Source: Macrostomum lignano (lineage: Eukaryota). Taken from it: DNA of 64,000 bases. Below are positions 29,296 to 39,724 of the stretch, piece by piece; the stretch's first letter is position 1; every line of letters begins with the position of its first letter. The translations under genes were made by a program, and so were the position numbers. The stretch is taken from contig NIVC01001190.1 in NCBI GenBank assembly GCA_002269645.1, positions 276,428 through 340,427 of the forward strand. The letters are read 5' to 3'. Below the pieces are notes generated by a model. The model did no database searches. It was not told where the DNA came from and was given only the letters and a program-made list of their open reading frames with translations.

Positions 29296-29721
29296 TCACC
29301 GCAACCGCGAACTGACATCCTGAAACTCCCTGTCCGCCTCCTTCTTCTTTTTAAGAAACTTCTCAGCCTTGCCCCTGTCCTTCTCCTGCAAAGCCGATTT
29401 GGCGTGCTGAGCATAGGTGGCCGACAACTGCTGCAGCACTGAGCAGTACTGCCGCTTCTCAGCCTCGCCACAGTTGGCCAGCAGCTGCTTGTGCTGGGCG
29501 AGGCGCTGCTCAAGGCCTCTGACTGCTTCGGCAGCTTTCGAGTTCGTGCCAGCGTGCGGCTTCAGCAGGCTGATCTCGTACTGCAGCACGTAGGCGCTGC
29601 TCTCCGGCACTGAGCCCTGAGGATGGCCAGCCCGACTGCCGCCTGCTCTGCTGGCCGATGCCTGGCGGCTTGGCGGCAGCTCCTGGTTGGTGTGCTCAAT
29701 TAGCAGCCACTGCTCACGGAC
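29296..29721 (-). CDS. CC2D1: 3'-terminal coding exon of a CC2D1A/B (lethal(2) giant discs)-like gene
   Basis: TTCCTTCAG acceptor. VREQWLLIE...SAYVLQYE...QYCSVLQQLSATYAQHAK...AEKFLKKKKEADREFQ* resembles, from recall, the CC2D1 tail after the C2 domain (VKERWLVID...SLSVLAFD...EYAAQL...Y.EAA...VESEL). Confidence 0.65.
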   Translation of the reverse strand, partial: VREQWLLIEHTNQELPPSRQASASRAGGSRAGHPQGSVPESSAYVLQYEISLLKPHAGTNSKAAEAVRGLEQRLAQHKQLLANCGEAEKRQYCSVLQQLSATYAQHAKSALQEKDRGKAEKFLKKKKEADREFQDVSSRLR

Positions 29722-29782
29722 CTGAAGGAAGAGGAGTGAGGGATGGCATAGATCTAGGGATTGTTGAGTGGCACAATCCATG

Positions 29783-29912
29783 ACGGGGTTGTAGCCTAGT
29801 GGTTAGAGCGACTAAAAGGTTGGGAGTTCGATTCGCGACCAACTCGGAACAATCTGTGTCCTTGAGCAGTCACTTAACTCTGCATTGCTTCAGTTCACCC
29901 AGCTGTAAAAAG
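29783..29912 (+). mobile_element. tRNA-derived SINE with a CORE/Deu-like central domain
   Basis: A-box TAGCCTAGTGG and B-box GGAGTTCGATTC, then GTGTCCTTGAGCAGTCACTTAAC...CTTCAGTTCACCCAGCTGTAAA, similar to the conserved CORE/Deu SINE domains. Confidence 0.7.
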
Positions 29913-30033
29913 TGTGTGTGGCGACCCCAGTCTTTTGGCTTTCAAAAGCGGTACGCAGCCTTCAGAAGCGCCGCGCAATAGCTGCGGCTGAGCTGTCGGT
30001 TGCACATTTGTCTATTAGGGCAGGTGTAGTCAA

Positions 30034-30405
30034 AGTAGAAGGCATGAGGGGGCTTTTGGGACAAAATTTTTCACATCCTCCATAATTCCATTAAATCCAT
30101 CTATATTATCCCCGACAGAATCAGAAAAAAAGGAGGGTCGCACTCGCTCACAAAACGTCCTCCATAATCCCATTAAATCCATCCATATTATCCCTGACAG
30201 AATCAGAGCATAACAGGTGTCCTACTTGTTCCGAAAACTTCAAACATAATCCCATTATAATCCACTGACATCCACCCATAGCATCTTCGAAACAATCAGA
30301 AAATAATCTGCATTCTTCTCCCCACATTCAATCCGCAACGTGCTACCACATCCCTAAAACTTTAAATCCCCTAACCCAGGGTCCTTACCCATTGAAAAAA
30401 AAAAT
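30034..30405 (+). repeat. Polinton left TIR with internal ~75-bp iterated units
   Basis: Reverse complement of ~45630-46000, with repeated ATAATCCCATTAAATCCATCCATATTATCCCTGACAGAATCAGA. Confidence 0.93.
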
Positions 30406-30547
30406 AATTTTATTATTCATTAGTAAGAATTATATATTTATTAACGGTTGCACAGCTGATAGGATATGTATTAACTATTACAAGATTATCAAAAATGGTA
30501 GAAAAAACAGACACTATGTAGGATCTGTGTTAGAATTCTTCAACAAC

Positions 30548-30985
30548 ATACAGAGCCAGCCTAGCGTTCCTTTGAGCCAGCAGCTAGATTCTCTAACGCC
30601 GTTAGAATTTTCTATGTGAAAATTTGGTGTGCCCAAGCTTATCATGCGGGAAGCTTTTCACATAGAAAATTCTAACGGCGTTAGAAAATTTCTACCCCCC
30701 CCCCTCTATTTAACCATACAGAGCCAGCCTAGCGTTCCTTTGAGCCAGCAGCTAGATTCTCTAACGCGTTAGAATTTTCTATGTGAAAATTTGGTGTGCC
30801 CAAGCTTATCTTGCGGGAAACTTTTCACATAGAAATTTCTAACAGCGTTAGAATTTAAAACCCACCGACTGAGTTGCACACAGTACTGAGAAAATTGCTA
30901 CCCTCCTCTACTTAACCAATCGGCTGTCTCCAGTTGTTGAATCTTCTCTTTGAACTTCTAACGCGTTAGAAAAATTCTAAATGAA
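30548..30985. repeat. Tandem ~168-bp duplication, each unit with a long hairpin and TCTAACGCGTTAGA-type palindromes
   Basis: Perfect 31-bp arms at 30592-30622 and 30655-30685; second unit from 30716; another palindrome near 30957. Confidence 0.9.
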
Positions 30986-30998
30986 CTGAATTTAAAAA

Positions 30999-31676
30999 TT
31001 ACACAACTTTCCACGCAGGATCACTGGCCAAAATTTCTTCTAGAAACTTCATCTTAGAGTTTAGTTCCCTAATTGGCATTGACACCTGTCTCAAGCCTGG
31101 GTAGGTAACAGACAGTTTGTACAGACGAATGTACAAATAGCCAGTTGATTCCTGGATGTTTACATTTTTACACAAATGGGCGAACCGCACTTTAACATCT
31201 TGTCCAAAGTTCTCGGTGCGATAAGTTTTTAGCAGCCGCCCAACTTCGAGAATCCAATGTAGACCTCCAATTTGAGTCTTCTTGTATTTTGCTAGAGCCG
31301 CCTTCACCCTAGTGATGATGTTCTGCTCGCCAGATGGAAGCTGGTGATCAACAGCGTCCATCAGCTGATCAGCTAGTGTTACGCGGGATGCGTACAACTT
31401 CTCCCTGAATATCTGCAGATCCGCCATCTTCTTCTGCAGAGCCGCCGCCTTCTTCTCTTCGCTACTCACATTTTGCGCTTCATTCGCTGCGGCGATATCA
31501 TCAGGGGCCATGGCGAAAAACTCGATTGGTAGGTCGCCAGTTTCTAGACCGAAAAAGGTGGTTAGTTCCTCTCTTCTTCTTGCTTGTAGATGTGACGGAA
31601 TATCCTGTAAAACTCTTTGTAGCATGGCACAAAGGCCTTGCTTATCTGTCAAATGAAGATTCCACTCGACTTCCAT
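30999..31676 (-). CDS. Polinton accessory protein of unknown function (225 aa, helical)
   Basis: Intact ORF with an AAAATG start inside the element; no family recognised. Confidence 0.75.
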   Translation of the reverse strand: MEVEWNLHLTDKQGLCAMLQRVLQDIPSHLQARRREELTTFFGLETGDLPIEFFAMAPDDIAAANEAQNVSSEEKKAAALQKKMADLQIFREKLYASRVTLADQLMDAVDHQLPSGEQNIITRVKAALAKYKKTQIGGLHWILEVGRLLKTYRTENFGQDVKVRFAHLCKNVNIQESTGYLYIRLYKLSVTYPGLRQVSMPIRELNSKMKFLEEILASDPAWKVV

Positions 31677-32547
31677 TTTCTAAATCTTCTTGTCTTCTAA
31701 TCTTCTAGTTTGGCGGACAATTTCTTAGATCACTTTCAGCGTGCTAAGTTCCTGCAGTCGTCGTTTCTCAGTCGCAGTTGATGGCATATGCGGGGAGAAT
31801 CAACCCGAGTGTTTCTGCATTTGCTTAAATACAGCTATACAGCTAGAAAATTCCAGAAAATTCTAGACTGTACAATCTTGGAGTCAAGCAGGGAAAAAAT
31901 AATCGATATAGCTCAGTGAACGATAGAACATGAGGCGTGTGAATGTGAGGGTGAGCGATCGATTCCCTCCACCCGCTTGAAGTCCCCATACATTTCCTTG
32001 GTTGATTGGGTTTGTCAAAGCGGAAAGGAAAGCACGCGTGGAACTTGTACATTCGCAAAATCGATTAGAGGGCTGCGCTCCCTCAGCAAATAGCAGTTAC
32101 CCCACCCCCCTTCTGCTTCTACTTTTCAAAATGCAGCTGTTGCGCTTGGTTAGGGCTGAGAATAATAGTTAACCCTTTTTCCGACTCAAGCGCCTCTCTC
32201 TACCCCGCCCCATATCTTCATACCGTAGAGACCAACTAGGCGGGCCACATTCCGAGGCCAAATCGGCGGGCCGAGGCCAACTCGGCGGGCCAACTGGCCT
32301 CGCAATTTGGCCAATAATCAATATCAATCAAGGAGGGAATCTCAATATACACAGTCCATGCATGCTAATGGCGGCGAAGCGGTTGACTTTTTATTTTCTG
32401 CTCTTAGCTCTCTGGAGAATGAGAATCTCTCTTGTGCGCAACTCTTTAGGGAATAAAAAACTGTACTTACTCAAATCAACACTTGCTCATGCCCTTCCCG
32501 ATTCAAGCGCCCCTTTCTACCCCCAGCTCTTTCAGCAGTCTTCCCAA

Positions 32548-33003
32548 TTAATTGTTAGGAGCGCACAAAATAAACTCTGCTCCCGTGCGTTCGCCCTCTC
32601 TCCCCGTGCACTCGCCCTCTCTCCCCAAACACCCGCCCTCGGCGTACACCCCCAACCCCAGTTTTGTCTTACTAAAAATAACAGCTTTAACTAGCTTCCG
32701 AGCGATCGACTCACGAAATCCGCTTGAAATCCCCATATTGTCGAGTCTCCTGAGCATTTCTTTGTCCCAGCGATTCTTCTCCTCAGGAAAATCTCTATAT
32801 TTAACGTCATGCCACATGCAGACAGAGTCTAGCTCGTTCACAGGCTCATGCCCAGGATGTGGATTATTGTTTTTATCTAACTGTATTTCAAGTGGATTCA
32901 AAGGCCCGCAATATTTATAGCCGGGAAGTGTCCAGCCTTTGTTTGGATGAGGAAGCTTTTCTATCAGTCCATGTGAATCTATTTTACCACCAGAGCGCTG
33001 CAT
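32548..33003 (-). CDS. Parvovirus VP1u-like phospholipase A2 (PLA2X), ~151 aa
   Basis: WTLPGYKYCGP (Ca-binding loop) and VNELDSVCMWHDVKY (catalytic HD..Y). Start taken as MQRSGG at 33003. Confidence 0.88.
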   Translation of the reverse strand: MQRSGGKIDSHGLIEKLPHPNKGWTLPGYKYCGPLNPLEIQLDKNNNPHPGHEPVNELDSVCMWHDVKYRDFPEEKNRWDKEMLRRLDNMGISSGFRESIARKLVKAVIFSKTKLGLGVYAEGGCLGREGECTGREGERTGAEFILCAPNN

Positions 33004-33033
33004 TATTTTATTTAAAATTTTCTTTTTAAATAA

Positions 33034-34071
33034 ATGACAGATCAGAAACTTAAAAAACTCTACTACAGCGACAAAGGATTCTTTGTAGGCAAAAATGCCG
33101 TTAGTAAACTCATGGAGCTGAGTAAGGAGCCAAAAGCTACAGTAGAAAAATGGCTCTCTAAGCAGGCTGTCTTTCAAGTCTATTTCCCACCAGTAAAATT
33201 TGAAAGGCCCCATTTCAGTATTTATAAACCTAATGAAGCGCACCAAGCAGATCTTTTGTTTCTCCCCAACGACTCAGGCTACAAGTATGCTCTTACAATT
33301 ATTGACATTGCTTCCAGATATAAGGAAGCTCGCCCACTCAAGACGAAGAAGTCAGAGGTTGTTGCCAGCGCACTGCAAGATATTTATAAAAACTCTCCGC
33401 TCACATACCCCCAAATCTTTATGACCGACCCGGGTAAGGAATTCATGGGTGTAGTGAAATCCCTTATGGAAAAGAAAAACACAGAGATTCGCTATGGCAG
33501 AACAAACTTGCACAGAGACCAGGCTTTTGTGGAAAGATTCAATCTAACTCTAGCCAAGAGACTATTCACTAAGCAGACAGCGCAAGAACTCAAACTGAGT
33601 GCGGGGCAGTACTATACCAAGTGGACAGAAAGACTCCCCACTGTTATAGAGCAACTGAACAATGAAGTCACACGCATGACTGGATTGAAACCGTCCCATG
33701 CAATTAAACAAGACACTGTCGAACTTAAGGCATCTCATAGAACAGACAACAACACGACAACCCCACACAACACACACAACACAAAACACACCTCGAACTA
33801 CCCTAAGCTTCCAGGAGTTGAATCACCATACATACTGACAAACTCTGAGTTTCTACGCTTTTTATATCTACCTGGAGAGCTAGAGAAAGACACCAAAAGA
33901 AGAGCTACAGATCCATACTTCAGCCTTGATGTGCATAAAATAGACAGACATTTTACCTCCGACTCCGGTGACTATTACTTTTTATCTCAAGCCTTTAACC
34001 CTAAATCCCCCACGCGGTCATTCACTAGAGCTGAACTCCTAGTGATACCAGCTGACACAGAAATTAATTAA
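33034..34071 (+). CDS. Retroviral-like (rve) integrase of the Polinton, intact, 345 aa
   Basis: DDE motifs HQADLLFL, FMTDPGKEF, QAFVERFN. Confidence 0.95.
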   Translation: MTDQKLKKLYYSDKGFFVGKNAVSKLMELSKEPKATVEKWLSKQAVFQVYFPPVKFERPHFSIYKPNEAHQADLLFLPNDSGYKYALTIIDIASRYKEARPLKTKKSEVVASALQDIYKNSPLTYPQIFMTDPGKEFMGVVKSLMEKKNTEIRYGRTNLHRDQAFVERFNLTLAKRLFTKQTAQELKLSAGQYYTKWTERLPTVIEQLNNEVTRMTGLKPSHAIKQDTVELKASHRTDNNTTTPHNTHNTKHTSNYPKLPGVESPYILTNSEFLRFLYLPGELEKDTKRRATDPYFSLDVHKIDRHFTSDSGDYYFLSQAFNPKSPTRSFTRAELLVIPADTEIN

Positions 34072-34087
34072 AATATTAAAATAAAAA

Positions 34088-34533
34088 ATGACAAAGATTG
34101 AAACCAGAACCATCAATAAACTCAATAAAATCATTGAATCAAAGAAACCAGGTCTTATATCAATTAAAGGTGCCAAAGTAAAAGTCGATCCCGTGCAGCA
34201 AATAGTTCAGTGTAATGAGCAAAGACACAGCATCACAGATGAAAAGTCAGGAGGAATCCTACCATTAGCAGCTCTTATCCCAATCATTGCAGGCGCTGTA
34301 AGTGCCGCAGGTGGTGTAGCTGGAGGTGTAGCAACTGCTGTTAAAGCTGGGAATGATAGGGCTCACCAGCTAGAATTGCAAAAGATTGCAAGAGACAAAG
34401 GTATAACAATTAAGGCAGGAGAGGGCTGCCCCGATCGTGATGATTGTGAGAATGAAAATTCTATAAGCAAGTCTGACATTGTCAAAGCATCATGACACTG
34501 CACAATGCTGGGTTTACAATAATGCGCATGTGA
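34088..34533 (+). CDS. Adenovirus pX/mu-like virion core protein, with a 1-nt frameshift near the 3' end compared with copy 2
   Basis: SGG|ILPLAALIPIIAGAVSAAGGVAG resembles the adenoviral pX tail GGILPLLIPLIAAAIGA. The copy at 62992-63438 is intact at 148 aa. Confidence 0.7.
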
Positions 34534-34656
34534 TGAGGTTTAAAACCCCACTTTATCCAGCTTCATAAACCTAGCGCTACTTATAGGATGTAGAAACAGT
34601 TCAACTTTTCTATCAGGGTGGTCACCCTCAAAAATTTTTTTATTTTAGAGAAAAAA

Positions 34657-37600
34657 ATGCCAAAAGCTAATCCAGCAAAAGATTTAGTCAACAAACATTT
34701 TTCAAAAGGCGTCTCATTTCAAGACAAAAGTAATTTACTAAGAGAAGCATGTAAACAAAAGTTTAACACCGACCCTGGTCACCTGGGAAGCTATGAAAAA
34801 CAGTTGGAAATCATCAATCAATTAGAATCCAACCAGTATGCGCCTATAAAAATCCTGCAAAGGAACACCAAGAGAGGAGTCGCAACTTAGTTAACAAATA
34901 CGAAACTCTCACTGGTGAAAAAGCAAAGTACCCACAAAATAAGCAGGAACAAGAGAAATTAGAGCAATTAATCCATTTAAAAGAGTCGGAGCTTGCCACT
35001 GAAGAGATTAATTTTGCACAGAGGAAGTTTACAGAACATTACATAGAGTACACAATCCCAATTAACGGCACCAACGGCACCACCGCAAACATCTACGACT
35101 ATAAAGACAGCATCCAATCAGTTGTTGATCACACACTCAAAACACGCAAGACTTTAAACTACAGATATCATTCAAGATTGCGTTTTATATGCCTGCAAAA
35201 CCCACTGAGCATCTCGAGTATTACATGACAACAAAGGCAAAGCCATTCACCCCTACAGACACACTGGATCCTTTCCTTCAAGATGTCACTAAGAAAATTG
35301 AAGCGTTTACATCCAGAGGTTCCGGATGGGTCGTGGAGGGATTCAAAGAGCGACTGTCATGGTCATGAAATATGACCCACTTAAAGCCTCCTCTTATATA
35401 GAGCTCCCGCATAAGCTAGCCGGTAAAAAAGCTTGCATAAATGTTAAAAATAAAGACAATTGCTGTGCTCTATGGGCAGTTCTTTCTGCACTTCTTCATG
35501 ATAGTGTACCTCACCACCCCGAAAGAACCTCAAATTATCAAAATTATTTCAACTACTATCTCATCGAATGCGAAAAGAAGGGAATCAGGTTTGACAAAGG
35601 AGGCTTGGCGATCTCTCAGATCCCAAAGCTAGAAGAAGTGTTTAATAACAAAATTAGAATCACAGTCTTTGAGTGGAGTGAAAAAACTGAGAAAGTTCAA
35701 CCGGTCAGATGTAGCAAAGACGTTTTAGATCCGAGGGGAAAAGGCGGACTGAAGTGGATCTTCTAGTGATTGGTAATTTACTAGAGGAGGCTCACTATGT
35801 TTGGATTAAAGATCTTTCAAGACTCATTCACAAGCAGTTGAATAATCATCACGAGGCTGTTGCCATCTGCCGCTTGTGCCTTAAGCATTACAGTGGACCT
35901 GAACGCTTTGAAAAACTAACAGAGCATGAATTATCGTGCGAGGATCACCCAACAAACTGCTCTCTTCCTTCAGCTGAAGAGAAGTATCTCCGGTTTAAGA
36001 ACTATCACAAGATGGAGAAGCTCCCATTTGTTGTATATGCTGATTTCGAATGCTCAATCGTGCCAGAAACTCAAAAACAAACTCCAACTCAAAAACAAAC
36101 TCCAACTCAAAACAAACTCAAACTCAAAAACATATCCCCAATTCAGTAGCATATGCCTTTATTAATACAAAAGGACTTGTTGAGTATAATTATTTCTTTG
36201 GAGAGCAGTGTGTGGAGCAGTTTATTGCCAGAATGTTAGAGTTGCAAAAGTGATTAGCACCCTTCAACCTGTTCCAATAATGATGACTGAGGAGGATGAA
36301 AGCAATTTCCTATCAGCAACTCATTGCCACATCTGCAGGAAACATTTAACTTGCACTAATATTAAAAACCCCACCGTTAGGGACCACTGCCACTTTACTG
36401 GGAAATTTAGAGGTGCAGCGCATAACACCTGTAATCTAAAGCTAAAATCGAACATTCATGATCTAACGATATTTTGTCACAACGCAAAGAACTATGACAT
36501 GCATTTAATAGTTGAAAAAATCGGCATGATTCCAGACATACACCTTGATGCATCGCAGAGAACAAGGAGAAGTTTAAGTGTGTTGATATTAAACAGGATA
36601 ATTCGGGTACAGGTAAAATAAGACTGAAGGATTCATATCAATTTCTAGCTGCCAGTCTAGACGAACTAAGCAAGAATCTAAAAGATGAACAATGTACATA
36701 TACAAAGATGTTTGCAAGTAAAATTAACAACACTGATGAATCATTTAAACTTTTAAGAAAGAAAGGCTTCTACCCCTATGAAAATATTACTGGGTATCAC
36801 GTATTTGAAGAAGGTTTACCACCACAGAAAGTTCTTTTCAAAGCTAACAGACTCTGGAATCTCTGACAAAGACTATGAGCACGCGAAGCATGTCTATAAT
36901 TACTTTAATTGTCAAAACTTCTTCCAGTATCACCTGCTTTACCTCTACACAGATGTGTTTCTGCTGGCCGATGTGTTTGAAACCTTCAGATACACCTGGT
37001 ACACAGCATATGGCCTCGATCCAGCACATTATGTGTCTCTGCCTGCCACTAGCTGGGAATCTTTGCTTAAAATGAAATGGGATCAAGATCCAGATTGGTA
37101 CATTGAACTTCTTACAGACATTGACATGTACAATTTTGTCGAATCGTCAAAGCGAGGGGGATCTCAATTTGCGTTAACAGGTATGCAAAAGCAAACAATC
37201 CCTACATTGAATCTTACAATAAGGAGCAGCCCTCAAACTACATTACTTACTTGGACGCTAATAATCTCTACGGGTGGGCGATGAGTCAAGATCTTCCAGT
37301 TAGAGATTTTCGATGGCTACCCTCATCAGAATTAAAGTGGGACTTTTCATTGGCTGCCATTTATGAGTTGATGTTTACATTCCACCAGAGCTTCACGACT
37401 ATTTCTCTGACTTTCCACCCTTCCCAGAGAACATCAAGTGCCCGAAAATAATCGAAACTCCCAATGATAATAATGGAACTTGGCACCTGTCAGGAACAGA
37501 AAAAGAACATACAGAGAAACTAACACAGAATCTAAACAACAAGACACGTTACAAAATCCATTACAAACTGCTTCAGTATTTTATCTCACTTGGTTGCAGG

Positions 37601-38532
37601 GTCACCAAAGTTCACGGGCTCTTACATTTACAGAGGAAGCGTGGATGAAACCCTACATTGATAAGAACACCCAGTTTAGGACCAAAGCAACCAACGACTT
37701 TGACAAGAACCTCTTTAAGTTGGCCAACAACTCTGTCTATGGCAAGACTCTTGAGAATGAGCGGAAAAGAACAAACCTGAAACTTGTTACCTCATCAGAG
37801 CCTGCTGTTATTCAGGCAAATATGTCAAAGCCAACATTCAAAGAACTCCATATCTTTAATAGCTACTTAGGTGTGATCATATTTTACAAAACCAAGGTGA
37901 CGCTGCGCAAGCCGATCTATACAGGTGTCACTGTTCTCGACGAATCAAAACGTCTGATGTACCAGTTCTTCTATGGCATGAAGCAGCAGTACAAGGATAA
38001 AATGAAACTCTTGTACACTGACACAGACAGTTTTATTATGGACATTCAAACAGAAGACATTTATCAGGACATGCTGCAGCAAAAAGATTTGTTTGACTTG
38101 TCTGAGTATGATGAATCTTGCAGGACACAGAATGGCGATCAAGTGTTTGACGCCACTAACAAGAAAGTGATTGGGAAAATGAAGGACGAGATTGCTGGTG
38201 ACATAATCACTGAATTCATTGGGTTGAGAGCAAAGTCCTATTTTGTAAAATGTGAGTCGTCAGACCCAATTAAAAAATCAAAGGGAATTCCGAAACGTGT
38301 GGTTAGGAAGGAAATTAATGAAGCTGAATACAGAGACGCCTTGAATTGCAACAAAAAGACATCACATGAGTTCTCAAAGCTACAATCTAAAAACCATATT
38401 ATTCACACAATTCAGCAAAAGAAGATTGGACTGTCAGGTGCAGATAACAAGAGATTCATTTTTGATGACAATATCAACAGTCTACCGTTCGGGCACTGGA
38501 GGTTAGGTTTAGGAGGTGGATATTGGGTTTAG
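34657..38532 (+). pseudogene. Protein-primed family B DNA polymerase (pPolB), with multiple frameshifts
   Basis: Motifs occur in order across frames: FTSRGSGW, YDPLKASSYIELP, VVYADFE (ExoI), RDHCHFTGKFRGAAH, HNAKNYD (ExoII), YTDVFLLADVFE (ExoIII), DANNLYGWAM (A), KLANNSVYGK (B), LYTDTDS (C). Confidence 0.95.
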
Positions 38533-38565
38533 GTTTGAGAGAAAGTTTAATAAACCTCATAAAAA

Positions 38566-38966
38566 ATGACGACAAATAACTTTCTTGAAGATTTGGCTAA
38601 CGAACTGGAAATCCCAAACTTTAGAGGAATATTTATGAGGGACACTCTGCCTGATTTTCCTCTAAGAAAGGAATGCGGCATCATGAACTTTGACACCACC
38701 GATAAGCCAGGATCTCATTGGGTTTGCTGGGTGATTGATCCCGATCGCAAGCACAAGTGTTATTACTTCGATAGCTATGGGACGGCAGTACCAGAAGAGC
38801 TAAGAAATTATATGAAGGGAAAAAATAATAAAAAAATTTATCGCTCAGACTTTATTCTCAAGGTCTTAGCAGTGATATTTGCGGTGAGCTGTGCATGACT
38901 GTTTTGTATGCAATGACCAAAACACGAAAGACCTACAAGGAAATTATTCTTGGCTGTGTTTCATAG
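38566..38966 (+). pseudogene. Adenain-like (C5) cysteine protease with one frameshift
   Basis: GSHWVC (His) and YFDSYG (Asp), then after a shift near 38860, QGLSSDICGELC (Gln/Cys); TAG at 38964-66. Confidence 0.88.
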
Positions 38967-38969
38967 GGT

Positions 38970-39617
38970 TCATTGTGCATTTCTCGTTGTACTTCTCGTT
39001 GTCCTTCTTTCCACATAATGTTGAAGAACTTTCTCGAGTTCATTTCTCAGCTGACTCATGTCATCAGTACCGACCATGTTCAAGTTCATTCGAATTGATT
39101 GTTCATAAAGATCCTGAATGGTTTTGAACTCATCCTCTGAAATGAACTTATCCTCGATTGCCCTTGAAATGTACCCTATGATTGATGTGTGCACCCCTTT
39201 CTCTTTTACTTGCTTCTCCTGTAGCTGCTTTAGTTTTTTTCGCCTGTTTCGCGCTAATGCTCCAGTAATTGCTGAAATAAGTCCACATGCAGCACCCACA
39301 GAGCCGAGCGGGATTGCGATTGGGGCTGTGATGGCTGGCAACACTGAGACAGCTGCAGCAGATCCAGATAGAACAGACACAGATCCTAGAATCATATTGC
39401 TGTAGTCGAAAAATTTACAGTGGTTGTCATAGCGCTTAATTTTCTTTGTGTTGTGGAAAATATTTTTTTCAAGATCATCGCGCATTTTTTGAATCTCCAC
39501 CAGTCGAAACTGTTGAGAGTTACAAGTAATGACGGGGTAAAGTTTTTGTTGCTCATATTGGGGTGCACTAGGTGCTGTGGGAGCATTCGGATCATAAAGA
39601 GAATTTTGAGCATCCAT
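38970..39617 (-). CDS. Polinton membrane protein (coiled coil + two hydrophobic helices; possibly the family called GasderminX in adintoviruses) with PTAP/PSAP motifs
   Basis: Intact from MDAQ. Contains FRLVEIQKM, hydrophobic stretches MILGSVSVLSGSAAAVSVL and IAIPLGSVGAACGLISAITG, and ISRAIEDKFISEDEF. Confidence 0.78.
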   Translation of the reverse strand: MDAQNSLYDPNAPTAPSAPQYEQQKLYPVITCNSQQFRLVEIQKMRDDLEKNIFHNTKKIKRYDNHCKFFDYSNMILGSVSVLSGSAAAVSVLPAITAPIAIPLGSVGAACGLISAITGALARNRRKKLKQLQEKQVKEKGVHTSIIGYISRAIEDKFISEDEFKTIQDLYEQSIRMNLNMVGTDDMSQLRNELEKVLQHYVERRTTRSTTRNAQ

Positions 39618-39724
39618 TTTTAGAGAATTTTTAAAAAAAATTGACAACTCGTTGGTGGTGGTTAGATTTGTTTTACGTTTGATTGTTTCGTCTGCAGTTG
39701 GCAGGTCTCTTCGAATCTACCTAT

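Noticed and set aside
29783-29850. tRNA gene
   Set aside because: A and B boxes are present, but there is no complete cloverleaf or anticodon arm, and it continues into a SINE core domain.
33004-33246. Longer 232-aa PLA2 ORF as listed in the ORF track
   Set aside because: The extension is the antisense of the integrase 5' end; the ATG at 33003 after the AT-rich spacer is more plausible.
29296-39617. Functional link between the ESCRT-III regulator CC2D1 and the adjacent virus's PTAP motifs
   Set aside because: A single insertion near an ESCRT-related gene is most simply coincidence; nothing in the sequence supports targeting.
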